Shown one piece after another: positions 22,949 through 36,444 of a stretch of DNA of 64,000 nt. Source of the DNA: Antechinus flavipes. Taxonomy: Eukaryota. How positions within the stretch are numbered: position 1 is the stretch's first letter; every line of letters starts with the position of its first letter. Position numbers and translations under genes: made by a program. The notes under the pieces are model-generated. The model made no database searches and was not told the origin of the DNA. It saw nothing but the letters and a program-made list of their open reading frames with translations. The DNA is taken from the NCBI RefSeq assembly GCF_016432865.1, contig NC_067399.1, positions 601,524,001 through 601,588,000 on the forward strand, read 5' to 3'.

Positions 22949-25179
22949 AATAACATGTTTAACTTCAACTTTAAATTTCCTCTGAAACACTTTAGGTGAA
23001 GAACCATTCACCAAGTCACTGATTAGTTTGAAAATTGGTAACTGAATGTGACTTGCCAATGGCCCTTGAAGTTTCCAGAGCCCTTTTCTCTCTTCAGAGC
23101 AGAGACTGGCAGCAGAGGCTTGGCTGCAGCTGCTGAAACCTCCCCCTCCACCTCTTCCAAATCTTGGACATTTGTATTTTATCCAGCTCAGCTCATCCAG
23201 TGTTGGGAGAGAATACAAAGATAAGACACAGTTGAAAAAGTTATGCTTTATAGTAGGAGTTATATGATATGCACATTAATAAATACCATACAAAGTAAAT
23301 GAGGAAGCATATGAGAAATAAAAATATAGTTCTATGAGTTTGTAAATTTGGGCAGGAGAGGTGAATAAGGGAAGTCTTCATGGAGGAGGGGTCAGTTTAT
23401 CTGGACTTTGAGTAACTAGAACATAATTCTGGACTGATTCCTTTCTGTCACCAGGCTCCCATTTCCTTTGACTTTTGTATATTTCTAATCTAAGTTATTG
23501 AAGTTTTTAGATCACCCTTATTCAAATTGTAGAACATAAATGAAAATAGTGAAGATTAAGAAAAATAATTCTACTTCCTATGTAATTCTATTTCTGCCCA
23601 ATTATACCTATGATTGCAGTAACTCTGTGAAGCTTGAATCTTTCCCAGTCCAGTAAAAATATTTCTTGTCCTTCCTTGACTTGACCTCCTCACAGTGGGT
23701 CCAAAAAATGTACATTATCTGAAGACAAAGATAGGCTAGATTAAGCTTGTACTGACATTCAAGAACTAATTGTTAAATTTTCAGTATGTCTACACATAGA
23801 TATCACCTAACACCACAAATTAGGGCATTATTTATTGTTTTATGGATTATCTAAACTTAAGAAACTAATGAAGAAAATGCTGATAATACAGACTAACCTT
23901 AAAATCGTGTCCCCCATACATTTTTTTTCAAAGACCTGGTTGTTAAACATTTTACTGCTCAAAGGGGATCATTTTCTCAAGATTCTGGAGCATCTACTTT
24001 TAGAACCAATCTACAGAAAGCTGTCTCAACACAAAGGGGAATGGAAATAGAGATATAGGAAGGATCTGAGGGAAGAAATAAGAAACTTGGATGGAGTATC
24101 TCATTTTAAAAATGAAAGAAGGCTAGATTAGGAGTAAGAAATTATCTACAAGAATCCAGGCTCTGATATTTACTTCCTGTGTGATCTGAGGCAAGACCCC
24201 CCTTTATTCTCTGGATTTTGGTTGCTTGGTCCCAGTTACCCCTACTACAAAATATTTGCCCATTTGATTGATGCTCTGAGGTCATGGAGTATAACTTTTC
24301 CTCCAAATTGCTACCTTTTCCCCTCCTAAATGGTTTAGAATTTCTGGAGAGTTTCTCCTGGTTGTAGGTTATAGTCAGATGCCTTTTTTCTTTAGGAAAC
24401 ACTTTGCAATTAAAGCCTGCTTTTGTAGCTAGTGGACCCTAGGGAAGACTGGCACAGCTCCATTTGAAGGAAGGCCTGACTCAGGTCTCTTTGCTGGGGC
24501 AATCTCGAAGCTTTCTGTATTAGATAAGACACTGGCAGAGGAAATTGCATTTCTAGGCTTGGGTCTTTTGTGAGAAACTGAATCTTTGTGTTAAAAGTGT
24601 CACTTGTGGGTCTCTGACCTTTTAAATATTCACTATTGTAATTAACTCCTTCTTCTCTCTGTTTCCCTGGTTCACAGATGAATTAGCTAATAATCAGTGT
24701 GAAATTCACCATTCCCAATTTTCAGCTGTGGCATATTGATAAAGGCCAATATAATCCCGGAGCTGTGCCTCTGTACTTAATTATTTGGACTGAAGTTACA
24801 GTAAGGTCCTTGAAGGGGTATCTGGGTTGAGAAAGAAAAAGAAATCCAATATTCTAATTGTCCCTTTTTGAAGGTAATTCACTAGAAGATTATTCTTATT
24901 GATTAAAAAAATTTTACACAGTCTTTTTTGGGGTGAGAGGAGGAGTTATGGTTTGATAAATTTAGGAAACTCAGCTAATGCATATCATCAAGCTTTCTAG
25001 TACAAAATATAGTCTTAGGTGACTGATTTTCCCGCTGGGGTCAGTTATGCACAGGCCAGATTTCTTCTGAAGCCTGTTCATTATTTATTTTTCTACAGGA
25101 GCAAATTATTCAGGGAAAAGAAATGTTGGTTTGTGACATAGCTTTGAATCTTTAAGATGATAAGTGACACATTTGTCAT

Positions 25180-25405
25180 TTTTGAGTCATTTAAGATGTA
25201 TCCAATTCTTTGTGACCTCATTGGGATTTTCTTGGCAAAGTTACTTTACTGGTTTTCCATTTTTTGCTCATTTTACAGATGAGGAAACTAGAGTAGATAG
25301 GTTAATTGACTCACCCAACTAGTAAGTGTCTAAGACCAAATTTGAAGTCGGGACTTCCTAATGCTAGATTTGTTGCTCTATCCACTGAACCACTTAGCTG
25401 CCCCC
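25180..25405 (-). mobile_element. MAR1 SINE, near full length
   Basis: tRNA head (ctatccactgaaccacttagctgcccc), CORE (ttttacagatgaggaaact) and BovB-like tail (gggattttcttggcaaag). Confidence 0.8.
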
Positions 25406-28024
25406 AAGTGAAGAATGTCATAACATGAACTAGAGAATAGAACTAAACGGTAGCAGAGTCTAGAAATCACCTAATCTACCCTTCTTATTTTGGAGGAAGA
25501 AACAGACCCAGGGAATGAAAGAGGAATGACCTCTGAGGGCCCTTACAACTATTGAATCTGATTGTGGGACTTGCTACTCACTGGCAGAGTTGGTCCTAAA
25601 ATGCTGGTCTTCCCAATTTTCTTCCATTGTTTCCTACTACTACTCACCACTCAAAGGCAGGAACTGCTGAAGAATTTAAGCAGTAGAACTGTGGTTAAGA
25701 AACATGTCACTACCTGAGTTGGAGGTGGAGAGGAAGGAAAAACTACCCAAAAAAGACCTTGAAAGGCTTTCGACTTGGTGATATTTGTTAAATTAACTAA
25801 GCTGGTTAAACACACATGCAGTGTTTTATAAATTTAATTGTCAGCTGTTGTGTAACCCTCTCATCCTAAAGGTTTTTTTCCTTTTATTGGGTAGATAGAT
25901 CAGAGGATTAGGCCCTTTCCCTCTCCTTCCATTTCCTTTTTAAAACTTCCTTTGGCAAAAGCATAACGCTTTTTATTTGAATGGAATCCTCAGAAAATTC
26001 AAGAACAGGAGAGTTTACTTAGGATAATTACATCCTGTATTGTGGTTGGCAGATCCAGAAAAAATATTTTTAGGAAAGAAAAAAGGCATCATTTCAACTT
26101 TTTTTTTCTCCTGCTGTACTAAGATTGCTGCATTAAGATTTGGTACAAAGATGAATTTATTTAACCCCACTTCCATTTTTTAAGTCTTACAACTAAAGGG
26201 AAAAAGCATCTTCTTCCTTTATACTTTTTAATCATTTGGAATGACTTTCCTTCTCCTTTCTAAATATTTGAACCTTATATCTCCTCTCATGATGTATTTC
26301 AATTCAGCAAATATTAATTAAGAGCCTATGTATAGAGAGGACAGTGTGCTAAATTGGGAAAGATACAAAGTTTAGATAAGTCTTCTGTCCCTACTGACCA
26401 CTTCCATTACATCCTTAGAAAAGAAGAAGCTTGTGATGATGTCTTCCTCCTCTAGACTTTTACAACACTCTCTCTGCACTACTCAATTGGTATTTAGCAT
26501 TGATATTATCCATGTTTTCATTTGTATTTCTTATCTTCCCACTAGACTATTTCTTTGTTAATAGCAAGAATACTGTCATATTTCTCAATGTTGTCCTTAT
26601 TTCCTCACCTTAACAGCCTGTACACATTAGACACTCAGTTTTTTTTTTAATTTTATCAAATTGTCAAATGAATCAGTGAATGACTTTTTACTTGAATATT
26701 CAAAGATCCATGATTTTCTCAGGGTGGGCATTATCTCACTGAGACTGATTATGGTCTTTTGAGTTCTTGGTGAAATTATTATGGCAGAAAGATCTTTTAC
26801 CCTTTAGTCAACTGAGGGATGAACTTCTCCAGACTTAGACTGGTTATCATGTGACAGTTTTCCTTTGAAGAAAAGAAGCCTGAACCTGTACCTGATGCCT
26901 TTACAACTTGATTGGACCAGTTAGAGCTTTCATGCTTTTTTTTCTGGAATCCAGAATATAATCTCCTAGAACCCAATAAGGCCTTAGAGAGGGTTCTATA
27001 AACAAATAACTGCTCTAATAGACAACTTCTCAATGAAAATTCATTTGTTGTATTTCAATACTCATATACTCTAATGATGTGGATCCCAACTCAACCATTC
27101 CTTCTCATCTTCCTAAATAGAAGAGATATTCTCTTCTTCATTTCTTCCTAGAAATTCTCCACTGGAAGATGGAGAAAAGCTTTGCTAGAGGATCTTCTCA
27201 TTCATTTTTTTAATATAACATAGATACATGCAGTTGTCCTTATTCTTTCTATGTGGAAGCTTGCCTCAGTGTCTGGTCATACATCTTTTTGTTGATATAT
27301 TTTATGCCTTTCTTATGCAAAATTCATTTTTGGTAGTATATTATAATGGACTTGTGCCCACCATACTTCTCTCCAATTGCCATTTGAATCATCCCGCCAT
27401 TTTAATTCTAAACAGGTTGTAATGTTCAATGTTTTACTTGAATGAAAACATGAATTAGTGAAACACTTATTAGATAATTGCTATGAATTCTGTGCTAAAA
27501 CCTGAGGATAAAAAATAAAAATCGAAACAGTCCTTACCATCAAAGAGTTTACACTCAAATATTTTCAGAAGGTGACATATAGGGGAATTCTGGTCAGAAC
27601 GGGATATTTTGCTTTGAAAATTGAAAGGTAAACAGAGTAAAAGGAAAATAAAATGACACATCTTTTCCAAAAGTAATGGCAGTATTAATTTGGTCATGAT
27701 TCTAGAAAGATGGATTTTATGTCAAGGAGAAGTATAAGGTGACTGAAAAAGTTGTACAACTTTCCAAATATGATTCACCCTATCCTTTCCTATTTAAATT
27801 CTAAGTCCAGGTCATTGTCTACCTACAGTGTTTGTTGAAGATATATGTATAACTCTATCAACTACATTGTCTAGATAAGAAATTGTTCATGCACATTTTA
27901 TTTTCTTTCTTTTTCTCCCTGTGCTGATTAGATAATTAAACTCTTCCGAGTTTGGTGGAAGATCTCAAACAGAAGTAACATCATCTATAAACAGAAGCAT
28001 CTGTAATGGATATTAATTTGATTT

Positions 28025-29340
28025 AAAAAAATACAGTATTTCTATTTTTCACAATTACATGTTTAAGACAATTTTCTGCATTCATTTTTACAAGATTTTA
28101 AATTCAATTTTTTTCTCTCTCCTTCTCTCCCCTCTTCCTAAAATAGTGGACAATTTGATCTAGGTTATACATGTGCTATAATGTAAAACATATAATGTAA
28201 AACATATTTCCATATTAGTCACTATTGTGAAAGAAGAAAGATTTCAAAGGAAATCCAAAATGCGGGCAAGCAAAAATATAGGAATTGGGAATTCAATATA
28301 ATGGTTCTTAGTCATCTCCCAGAGTTCTTTTGCTGGGTGTAGCTGGTTCAGTTTATTACTGCTCCATTGGAACTGATTTGGTTCATCTCATTGTTGAAGA
28401 TGGCCAAGTCCATCAGAATTGATCATCATATAGTATTGTTGTTGAAGTACATAATGATCTCCTGGTCTTGCTCATTTCACTCAGCATCGGTTCGTGTAAG
28501 TCTCTCCAGGCCTTTCTGAAATCATCCTGTTGGTCATTTCTTACCGAACTGTACACAATTGTTGTCCTTTTTTGCTCATTTCACTTTGCATGGATTTGTA
28601 TGTCTTTCCAAGCTTTTTTTTTTTAATCTGAAGATTCATTTCTTACTGTACAGTAATATTTATTCCATTGCCTTCATATGCCATGGTTTGTTCATCCATT
28701 CCCCAACCATCCCCTAGACTTCCAATATTTTGCTACCACCAAAAAGGTTTCCATAAATATTTTCTCACATCTAGGTCCTTTTCTCTTTTTAAAAAAATTT
28801 CTTCATGATATAGATCTACTAATGGTATTGTTGGATCAAAGGGTATGTCCACAGAGAAGCTATCCTTTGTATGTAGTTCCAAATTGCTTCCTAGAATGGT
28901 TAGATCATTTCACAACTCCAGCAAGAGTGCATTAGTGCCTTAATTTTCTCACATCCTCTCCAAAATTTATACATTTTCTTTTTTGTCATATTAGCCAATG
29001 TGATAGATAGGAAGTGGTATCTCAAAGTTTTTAAATTTGTATTTCTCTAATCAAAAGTGATTGAGAACATTTCTTCATATGTCTATAGATTGCTTTGATT
29101 TCTTCAACTGAAAATCACCTGTTCATATCATTTGACCATTTATCAATTGGGTAATGGCTTATATTACAAATTGACTCAATTCTCTATATATTTGACAAAT
29201 AAGACCTTTATCAGAGATACTTACTTTAAAATTTCTTTACCATCTTCTGCTTTTCTCCTAACCTTTGTTGCACTGATTTTGTTTGTTTAAAACTTTTTAA
29301 AATTTAATATAATAAAAATTATCTATTTTATATTCTGTAA
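28025..29340 (-). mobile_element. Old L1 3' end (3'UTR + ORF2 end), containing a younger L1 piece at ~28238-28549
   Basis: Typical reverse-strand L1 3'UTR (tacatgtttaagacaattttctgcattc) and ORF2 C-terminal sequence (tggtatctcaaagtt, gaccatttatcaattgg). Confidence 0.75.
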
Positions 29341-29344
29341 TACT

Positions 29345-30205
29345 GGGAAGATGGTGGAAAAGCTTGGTAAATTTCAAGCTCTCCAGATTTCCCCCCAATG
29401 GAACAACCTTAGGGCAAACTTAAACTGGTAAAAAAAAATCAAGAAGACTTGGGATGAACAGAGGTTTTCCTGATACAACCTGAAAAGATCAGAAGATAGA
29501 TCCAGGACCAATGATTAACCTGTGTAAAGTGCAAACATCTCCAGGCTTTCTCTTCAGAATCACCAGGTGAGGAGACCTGGGGCTAGCTGAGTGTGGCTGG
29601 AGCCTCAGCATAAACCATAGAATCTTTTATCTCCTTGATAGTTTCTGGAATCTTGTAGGGTCTGAACCGAGGAAGACTGAGGGAACCTTGGCTGGGTGAC
29701 AAAGAAAGGGGTCCTGGGAGAGAGGGAATCAACACACTGCTGTCTATGGGCATTTGCTGGAGGATGGAACTCTTGGTTTGGGGTTCCTAGTCAGAGGGGA
29801 GAGCTGAGGTGAAGTCAGAGGCACTATCTCCCCTACCTCAAGATTGGAGATGCTTACACTGATACTTTTTATTTAAAAAAAATGAACCTGCAAAGAAGAA
29901 AGAACCCCACTATAGAAACATGCTGTGGGAATAGGGAAGACCAGAGTTCACCTTCAGAGGAGGACACTGAAGTAAAAAAGTTTCTGTCTCAAAGAGTAAC
30001 ATGAAGTGTTAATGGCTCCCTGTCCAGAGAGACTATATAGAAGAACTCAAAAAAAAAAAAAAAAAAGAATTTAATCAAATGAGAAACTTGAGGAAAAAAA
30101 TAAAAAATAAAAACCATCCAAGAAGAACAAGAAGATCATGAAAAAAAGTTAACTAACCAGAAAAGATGAAAATAACTCTGAAAATTAGAATTGGGCAAGG
30201 GGAAA
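29345..30205 (+). mobile_element. L1 5'UTR and start of ORF1, 3'-truncated
   Basis: Starts gggaagatggtgga; degenerate ORF1 N-terminus (gaaccccactatagaaaca...ccttcagaggaggacactgaag...agaagaactcaaaa). Confidence 0.65.
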
Positions 30206-30206
30206 C

Positions 30207-31745
30207 TTTTTTTTGCTTTAACTGAAACATAACAGATTCTGGTCCCCCTTTACCTTTACTCTTGAGTGCACCTCTCTGATTCAAGTATGTTTCTACAATG
30301 TATTGTCGGATTCTGGCTTGTGATCTAGCTTCTATTTTATGGAAATATTTGTCCCATTACATTCACAGTTATGATTACTGTGTATTTCCTTACATCCTGT
30401 TTTTTCCTCTTTTTGTCTTCTTTCTCCTTTAACTATTTCCCTCTTCAGTGTGTTGTTTCTATCATTTGCCTCTCCGATCTGCCCTCTTCTGTCAGTTCTT
30501 CTCTCTCTCCTCTACCACCTTTTCTTCATCTTCTTACTTTTCTGTTGGGTAAGATAGATTTCTATACTCTCTTTGAGCCAATACTTATGACAGTAATAGT
30601 GAGTGACTCATCAATCACTCACTTTCCTACATGTCAAATAATTTACCTCATTAACCTCTCTCTTCCTTCTTTTCATCTTTTAATTATTGTTTTTATGTCA
30701 TTTCCTCAAATTCACTTTATATTTAAACTTTTTGTTTATGTATAGTCTTTTTAAGCCATACTATTCTGATCTTTTCCTTATTAAAGCTTGAAATCCTTTT
30801 ATTTCACTAAAAGATCATTTCCCCTTTAAGTTGTCCTTAATTTCATTAGTGGTTGTAGTCCTAGATCTTTTATCTTCTCAGAATATCATGTTTCATGACC
30901 TCTGATTCTTTAATATTACAACTGTCAATTCCTGTGTAATCCTGATTATGACTCCCTGATATTTGAATTGTTTCTTTCTGGTCACTTGAAGAACTTTTCC
31001 ATAACCTGACAGTTCTACAAGTTAGCTTTAATATTCCTTAGAGTTTTTATTTTGGGATGTTTTTCCTGTGGTGATTAGTGGATTCTTTCACTGCTTATTT
31101 TGTCATCTATCACTTTTCCTTGATAATTTCTTGAAAGGGGCTGTCTGGGTCCTTCTTTTGATTGTGGCTTTTAGGAAGTCCAAGTATTCTGACATCTTCT
31201 GAATCTATTTTTTTCAGGTCAGTTGTTTTTCCAGTGAGATAGTTTACATTTTCTTCTATTTTTTCATTTAAAAAAATGTTTTATTGATTCTTGATGTCTC
31301 ATAGAGTCATTAACTTCCACTTGCCCAGTTCTAACTTTTAAGGAGTTGTTTTCCTCAGTTAGCCTTTGTACTTCCTTTCTCATTTAGCTAATTCTACTTT
31401 TTTAAAGTACTTGATTATTAGTTGATTGCTAAGGTGGGGTTCTAATGCTCATGTCTGGTATGTTGACTTTGCTGTTCCACCCACACTCCAACTCAGTTTC
31501 TCCCATTAGTTTGCTTGAGATGAGACTTGCTGCTAGCATTCTGGGACACTTCCTAACCTAGACTATGTTCCCTAGTTACCTGAATGGGACAGATATCTCT
31601 TGCTGATCTCCCAAGTTTCTTGGGCTAAAAGATTGTTTCGTTCTGTCTTTTGCTAGTTTTGCTGTTCCAGGATTTGTTTGGGGGGTGTTATTTTATAGTT
31701 ATTTGGAGGTTATGCTTCTTTACTACTTACTCTGCCATTTTGGCT
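30207..31745 (-). mobile_element. Old L1/HAL1-like element (ORF1 region and 5' end)
   Basis: Ends in ctctgccattttggctcc (reverse L1 5' start); ORF1-like reverse sequence similar to 57440-61060. Confidence 0.6.
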
Positions 31746-32809
31746 CCTGGGAGTTCAATCTGCATATTAACTTTAAAATAGCTCTCCTTTTTGATTATCA
31801 AACCTTTATACATTGTTTTCTGAGAAAGATGGGGTTCTTTATATGAACTTATTGTTGAAATGACCTGCTTTGACCTCCCATAAATAAAGTTTTTAGTACT
31901 AACTATTGGTTCCACAAAATTCTTTTACTATGCTTAGAAAAGAATCCCACAAAAATAATGAAATTTCTTGTTAGTTGTACTTCATTTTAATCTTGGATCT
32001 TTATAGAAAGAACTCAAATGAGGTCAAGGACAGGTTCACATGCCAAGAGGTGAGATAACCTTACTATTGCCAAGAGGTTGAAATATCTGTTTGCATCTAA
32101 GTGTGTTATTTTCAGTTGGGCATGTTAGCATTAGACAGAGTAGCCCATTGAATGTGAGCCTGTTCAAAGGGGTAAGTGTAAACAGGATATGAAATTCATG
32201 ACAAATGCTATTGGTTTCAAGAGTCCTTCTTATTAGAGGACTAACGGAAGACTGATTTTTATTTGACCCTGACAAATATTAAGACTGCTATCTTTCATGA
32301 AATAAAAAAAAATTGGAGTACTTCTTGAACTGATTTGAACTTGATTTGTACAAAATGATTTACTGTCCTTTTCCAAAGATAAACTAAATCTTTTATATAT
32401 ATGAGGCTCTGTTTTATGCCATGAGCATTCTTTTTTCATAAGGCCTGTAATTTTCATAAGGAGGAAAAAAAGTGTCAGTACCAGAATCATCTTTGGTGAG
32501 ATGAATTAGCTTTATTTTTCCATTTTTATAGAACTAGAAAAATAAGCTAATCTTACAAAGATCAAGAAGAGTAGCAAATTGTCACTTTCATCATCATCAC
32601 CATCACAGGCATTTATATAATAAAGCTTTACATACTTTATCTCATTTAAGCCTCGCAATGGCTGGTTGGTTGGTTGACTATTGTCCTTTGTTCTTGAAGA
32701 AGACCAAAATGTTATCATTATGTTGAGGTCAAGACACAGTGTGTCTGACTGTGGCTGACAAGATTAATTCAAACTCAGAAGGCTCCCTACATATATAAAT
32801 GGGGGGAGG

Positions 32810-33000
32810 CAGAAATACTTCACAAATAACTACGGGAAGTAGGTACTCCCATTATCCATATTTAACAGATGAGGAAATCAGTCCCAGACTGATTAACCAA
32901 CATACTCATGGTTGTATAGATTACCAATATCAGTGTGAGGGTTTGAACCAAGTCTTCATGACTCCAAGATCAATCAGTCCTTTCTGCTATATCACAGCTG
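32810..33000 (-). mobile_element. MIR-type SINE
   Basis: aagtaggtactcccattatccatatttaacagatgaggaaatcag. Confidence 0.6.
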
Positions 33001-33814
33001 CTAACTAATTTATTGCCAACTAATTAATTAGCAGGGTATAATCTTATTCCATCAGCATTTCTAACTTTAACAAACTATTTCTTTTCATGAATTTTATACT
33101 GTCTAAGTAGATTACTGTTACCACTTTCCTTCTTTGGTGCTTTTTAATGTTCTTGCCCTTCATCTGCCTAGATTATCCTCCTCCTCCATCTCTTCCTATT
33201 AAAATAAGAGGAAATGGGAGGGGAGTAGAGACACATACTTGTTGATTTATTGAGGAAGGCCTCAAGCATGTTGGATAGATGCTGGATTCATTAAAAATGT
33301 ATTAAGAACCTACTGTATTAGATAAAGTATGTTAGGTGGCAGGAATAAAAAGACATTCCCTGAATTCATTAAACTTGTACTGTGTAACTAACTAGAAGGA
33401 GGGGTAGTATCTTTAACCAAAAAGAATTAAATATGGAGAATGGGCATGTCTGAGGGGAAAGATGATTCTGTTTTAGAAAGAATTATCCATGTTAAGTTTA
33501 AGATCCCTTTAGGGCATCAAGATGGAAATGAACAACAGGCAATTTGCTCCTCAAGACTTAAAGTTCATGAGGGGAGAACTGTCCTATGATATATTTATAG
33601 CAGAAGGACAAGAGTCACACAGGATGAGGGAACATGGTTGGTTTGCAATCTGTACCGTTAATGGTATTATCACAAATCCATTGTATTATTGAAGCATCAT
33701 ATAACTTCTGTGGATGAATGTGGCATAGAGCAGAATGAGAAACAATATCAATGAGTCTTTGAAATTAAATTACAAATATAAAGTTCTTCCTCTAGAGCAA
33801 ATTTCCCCCATCAG

Positions 33815-34235
33815 TATTATTTTATTTTTCTAATTACATGTAAAGATAGCTTTCAACTTTCATTTCTATAAGATTTTTGTATTCTAATTTTTCTCCCTCT
33901 TTTCTTTCCCTTTCCCCACCCTAAAACAGCAAGCAATTTGACATAGGTTATACATAAACAATCATTTTAAATATATTTCCATGTTTGTCATGTTGTGAAA
34001 GAAAAATCAGAACAAAAGGGGAAAAACCATGGGAAAGAAAAATGAAACCAACAAAAAAGATGAAAATACTATGCTCTGAGCTGCATTCAGTTTCCATCGT
34101 TCTCCCTCTGGATCTGCATGGCATATTCCATCCCAGTCTATTGGAATTGTCTTGAATCACCACATTGCTGAGAAGACCAAGTCTGTCCTAGTTGATCATC
34201 ATGTAATCTTGCTGTTATGTACAATTTTATTTTTA
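33815..34235 (-). mobile_element. Old L1 3'UTR
   Basis: tctaattacatgtaaagatagctttcaac...gttgatcatcatgtaatcttgctgtt. Confidence 0.7.
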
Positions 34236-34239
34236 CTAG

Positions 34240-34336
34240 CATTTTCTTATTTAAAAACATTATTTTGAGAAGGGGTCCATAGGCTTCACCAGATAGCTAA
34301 ATGGGCCCATGATACAAAATAAGTTAAGAACTCTTG
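34240..34336. mobile_element. hAT-Charlie-type MITE remnant
   Basis: aaggggtccataggcttcaccaga...ccatgatacaaaataagttaagaactcttg resembles a Charlie-type terminus. Confidence 0.5.
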
Positions 34337-34342
34337 GTCTGA

Positions 34343-35822
34343 CAAAACAGCCAATAACTTTAATAATATAGTGTTTGACAAACCCAAAGACAACAGTTTC
34401 TGGGATAAGAATGCATTATTTGACAAAAATTGCTGGGAAAATTGGAAATCAGTATGGCAGAAACTAGGCATTAACCCACACTTAACACTGTACACCAAGA
34501 TAAAGTCAAAATGGGTTCATGACCTAGGCATAAAGAATGAGATTATAAATAAATTGGAAGAGCATAGGATAGTTTACCTCGCAGACCTGTGGAAGAGGGA
34601 GGAATTTATGACCAAAGAAGAACTAGAGATCACTATTAACCACAAAATAGAAAATTTTGATTATATCAAATTGAAAAGGTTTTGTACAAACAAAACAAGT
34701 TCAGACAAGATTAGAAGGGAAACAATAAACTGGGAAAACATTTTTACAATCAAAGGTTCTGATAAAGGCCTCATTTCCAAAATATATAGAGAATTGACTC
34801 TAATCTATAAGAAATCAAATCATTCTCCAATTGATAAATGGTCAAAGGATATGAACAGACAATTCTCAGACGAAGAAATTGAAACTATTTATAGACATAT
34901 GAAAATATGCTCCAAATCATTATTAATCAGAGAAATGCAAATTAAGACAACTCTGAGATACCACTACATACCTGTCAGATTGGCTAGAATGACAGGGAAA
35001 GATAATGGGGAATGTTGGAGGGGATGTGGGAAAAAAGGGACACTGATACATTGTTGGTGGAATTGTGAACACCATTCTGGAGAGCAATTTGGAACTATGC
35101 TCAAAAAGTTATCAAACTGTGCATACCCTTTGATCCAGCAGTGTTTCTACTGGGCTTATACCCCAAAGAGATACTAAAGAAAGGAAAGGGACCTGTATGT
35201 GCCAAAATGTTTGTGGCAGCCCTGTTTGTGGCTAGAAGCTGGAAAATGAATGGATGCCCATCAATTGGAGAATGGTTGAGTAAATTGTGGTATATGAATG
35301 TTATGGAATATTATTGTTCTGTAAGGAATGATCAGCAGGATGAATACAGAAAGGACTGACGAGACTTACATGAACTGATGCTGAGTGAAATGAACAGAAC
35401 CAGGAGATCATTATATACCTCAACAACGATACTGTTTGAGGATGTATTCTGATGGAAGTGGATCTCTTCGATAAAGAGAGCCTTAATTGATCAAAGATGG
35501 ACAGAAGCAGCTACACCCAGATAAAGAACACTGGGAAATGAATATAAACTGCTTGCCTTTTTGTTTTTCTTCCCGGGTTATTTTTACCTTCTGAATTCAA
35601 TTCTCCCTGTGCAACAAGAAAACTGTTCAGTTCTGCCCACATATATTGTATCTAGGATATACTGCAACCCATTCAACATATAAAGGACTGCTTCTCATCT
35701 GGGGGAAGGGGTGGAGGGAGGGAGGGGAAAAATCGGAACAGAAGTGAATGCAAGGGATAATGCTGTAAAAAAATTACCCTGGCATGCGTTCTATCAATAA
35801 AAACTTATTAAAAAAAAAAAAA
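34343..35822 (+). mobile_element. Young 5'-truncated L1 (~1.48 kb) with poly(A) and 14-bp TSD
   Basis: TSD AACTCTTGGTCTGA at 34329-34342 and 35823-35836; AATAAA and A-tail near 35800-35822; contains the ORF2 C-terminus. Confidence 0.95.
34371..35440 (+). pseudogene. Disrupted L1 ORF2 C-terminal region (cysteine-rich domain CWRGCG)
   Basis: The 268-aa ORF FDKPKD...WENW...CWRGCGKKGTLIHCWWNC shifts frame near 35070 (ORF2 continues in the 35141 frame, LGLYPKE...) and then reaches a TGA at 35357-35359. Confidence 0.9.
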
Positions 35823-35838
35823 AACTCTTGGTCTGAAG

Positions 35839-35945
35839 CAGGGCTTCTTATCCACTTACCACCCATTTTTGATTGAGTAATTTTTAAGGGGTCCATGATA
35901 TATAGGTACATAAGATAGGTATGCAAATAATAAAAAATAATTTTA
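35839..35945. mobile_element. hAT-Charlie-type MITE 5' part (same family as 54787-55124)
   Basis: cagggcttctta..tccact..atataggtacataagataggtat parallels the start of the 54787 element. Confidence 0.5.
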
Positions 35946-36444
35946 TGGCTAGGAAATTTTTGTTTAGAAGAAGGAGCAGTATATTCTAATAAGGAAGTAG
36001 CTGTTTATCTTCCAGAAATGAAGATGTAAAACAAGAGAGACTGTCTTGTAAGGGAAAGAGAAAGGAGATGATTGGTGGTCATTGATGATCTCCTGCTTAG
36101 TAGTGCTAACAACCATTTGTTGATTTGATATTTAACAATAATGAGGTTTTTTCCTTTTTAGGTCACTTAAGGAGAACCTACCAAAGTCTGTTAGACTTTA
36201 TGATTACTATCCACTTTTGGTGATTCAAGCCTGCAGAGATTACTACTAGAAGAAAACTATGAATCATTGCTGAAAATTATAAAATTTTGGTCAAGAAATT
36301 TAAAACCACAAGGAAACAATTGATGTTTTCTTTTGGGAAGTAAGTAGCTTATTAAGATGATGAAGTCTGAAGATAGCTTTGGGATGTTTGCACATAGACT
36401 GCAATTATATTCAGGGTGGTCTTTTCACTTATGCTCATCACTAC

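Noticed and set aside
34371-35359. Longest ORF (268 aa) as a host gene or active retrotransposon
   Set aside because: It is a 5'-truncated L1 ORF2 C-terminus with a frameshift and a premature stop; it lacks the EN and RT domains.
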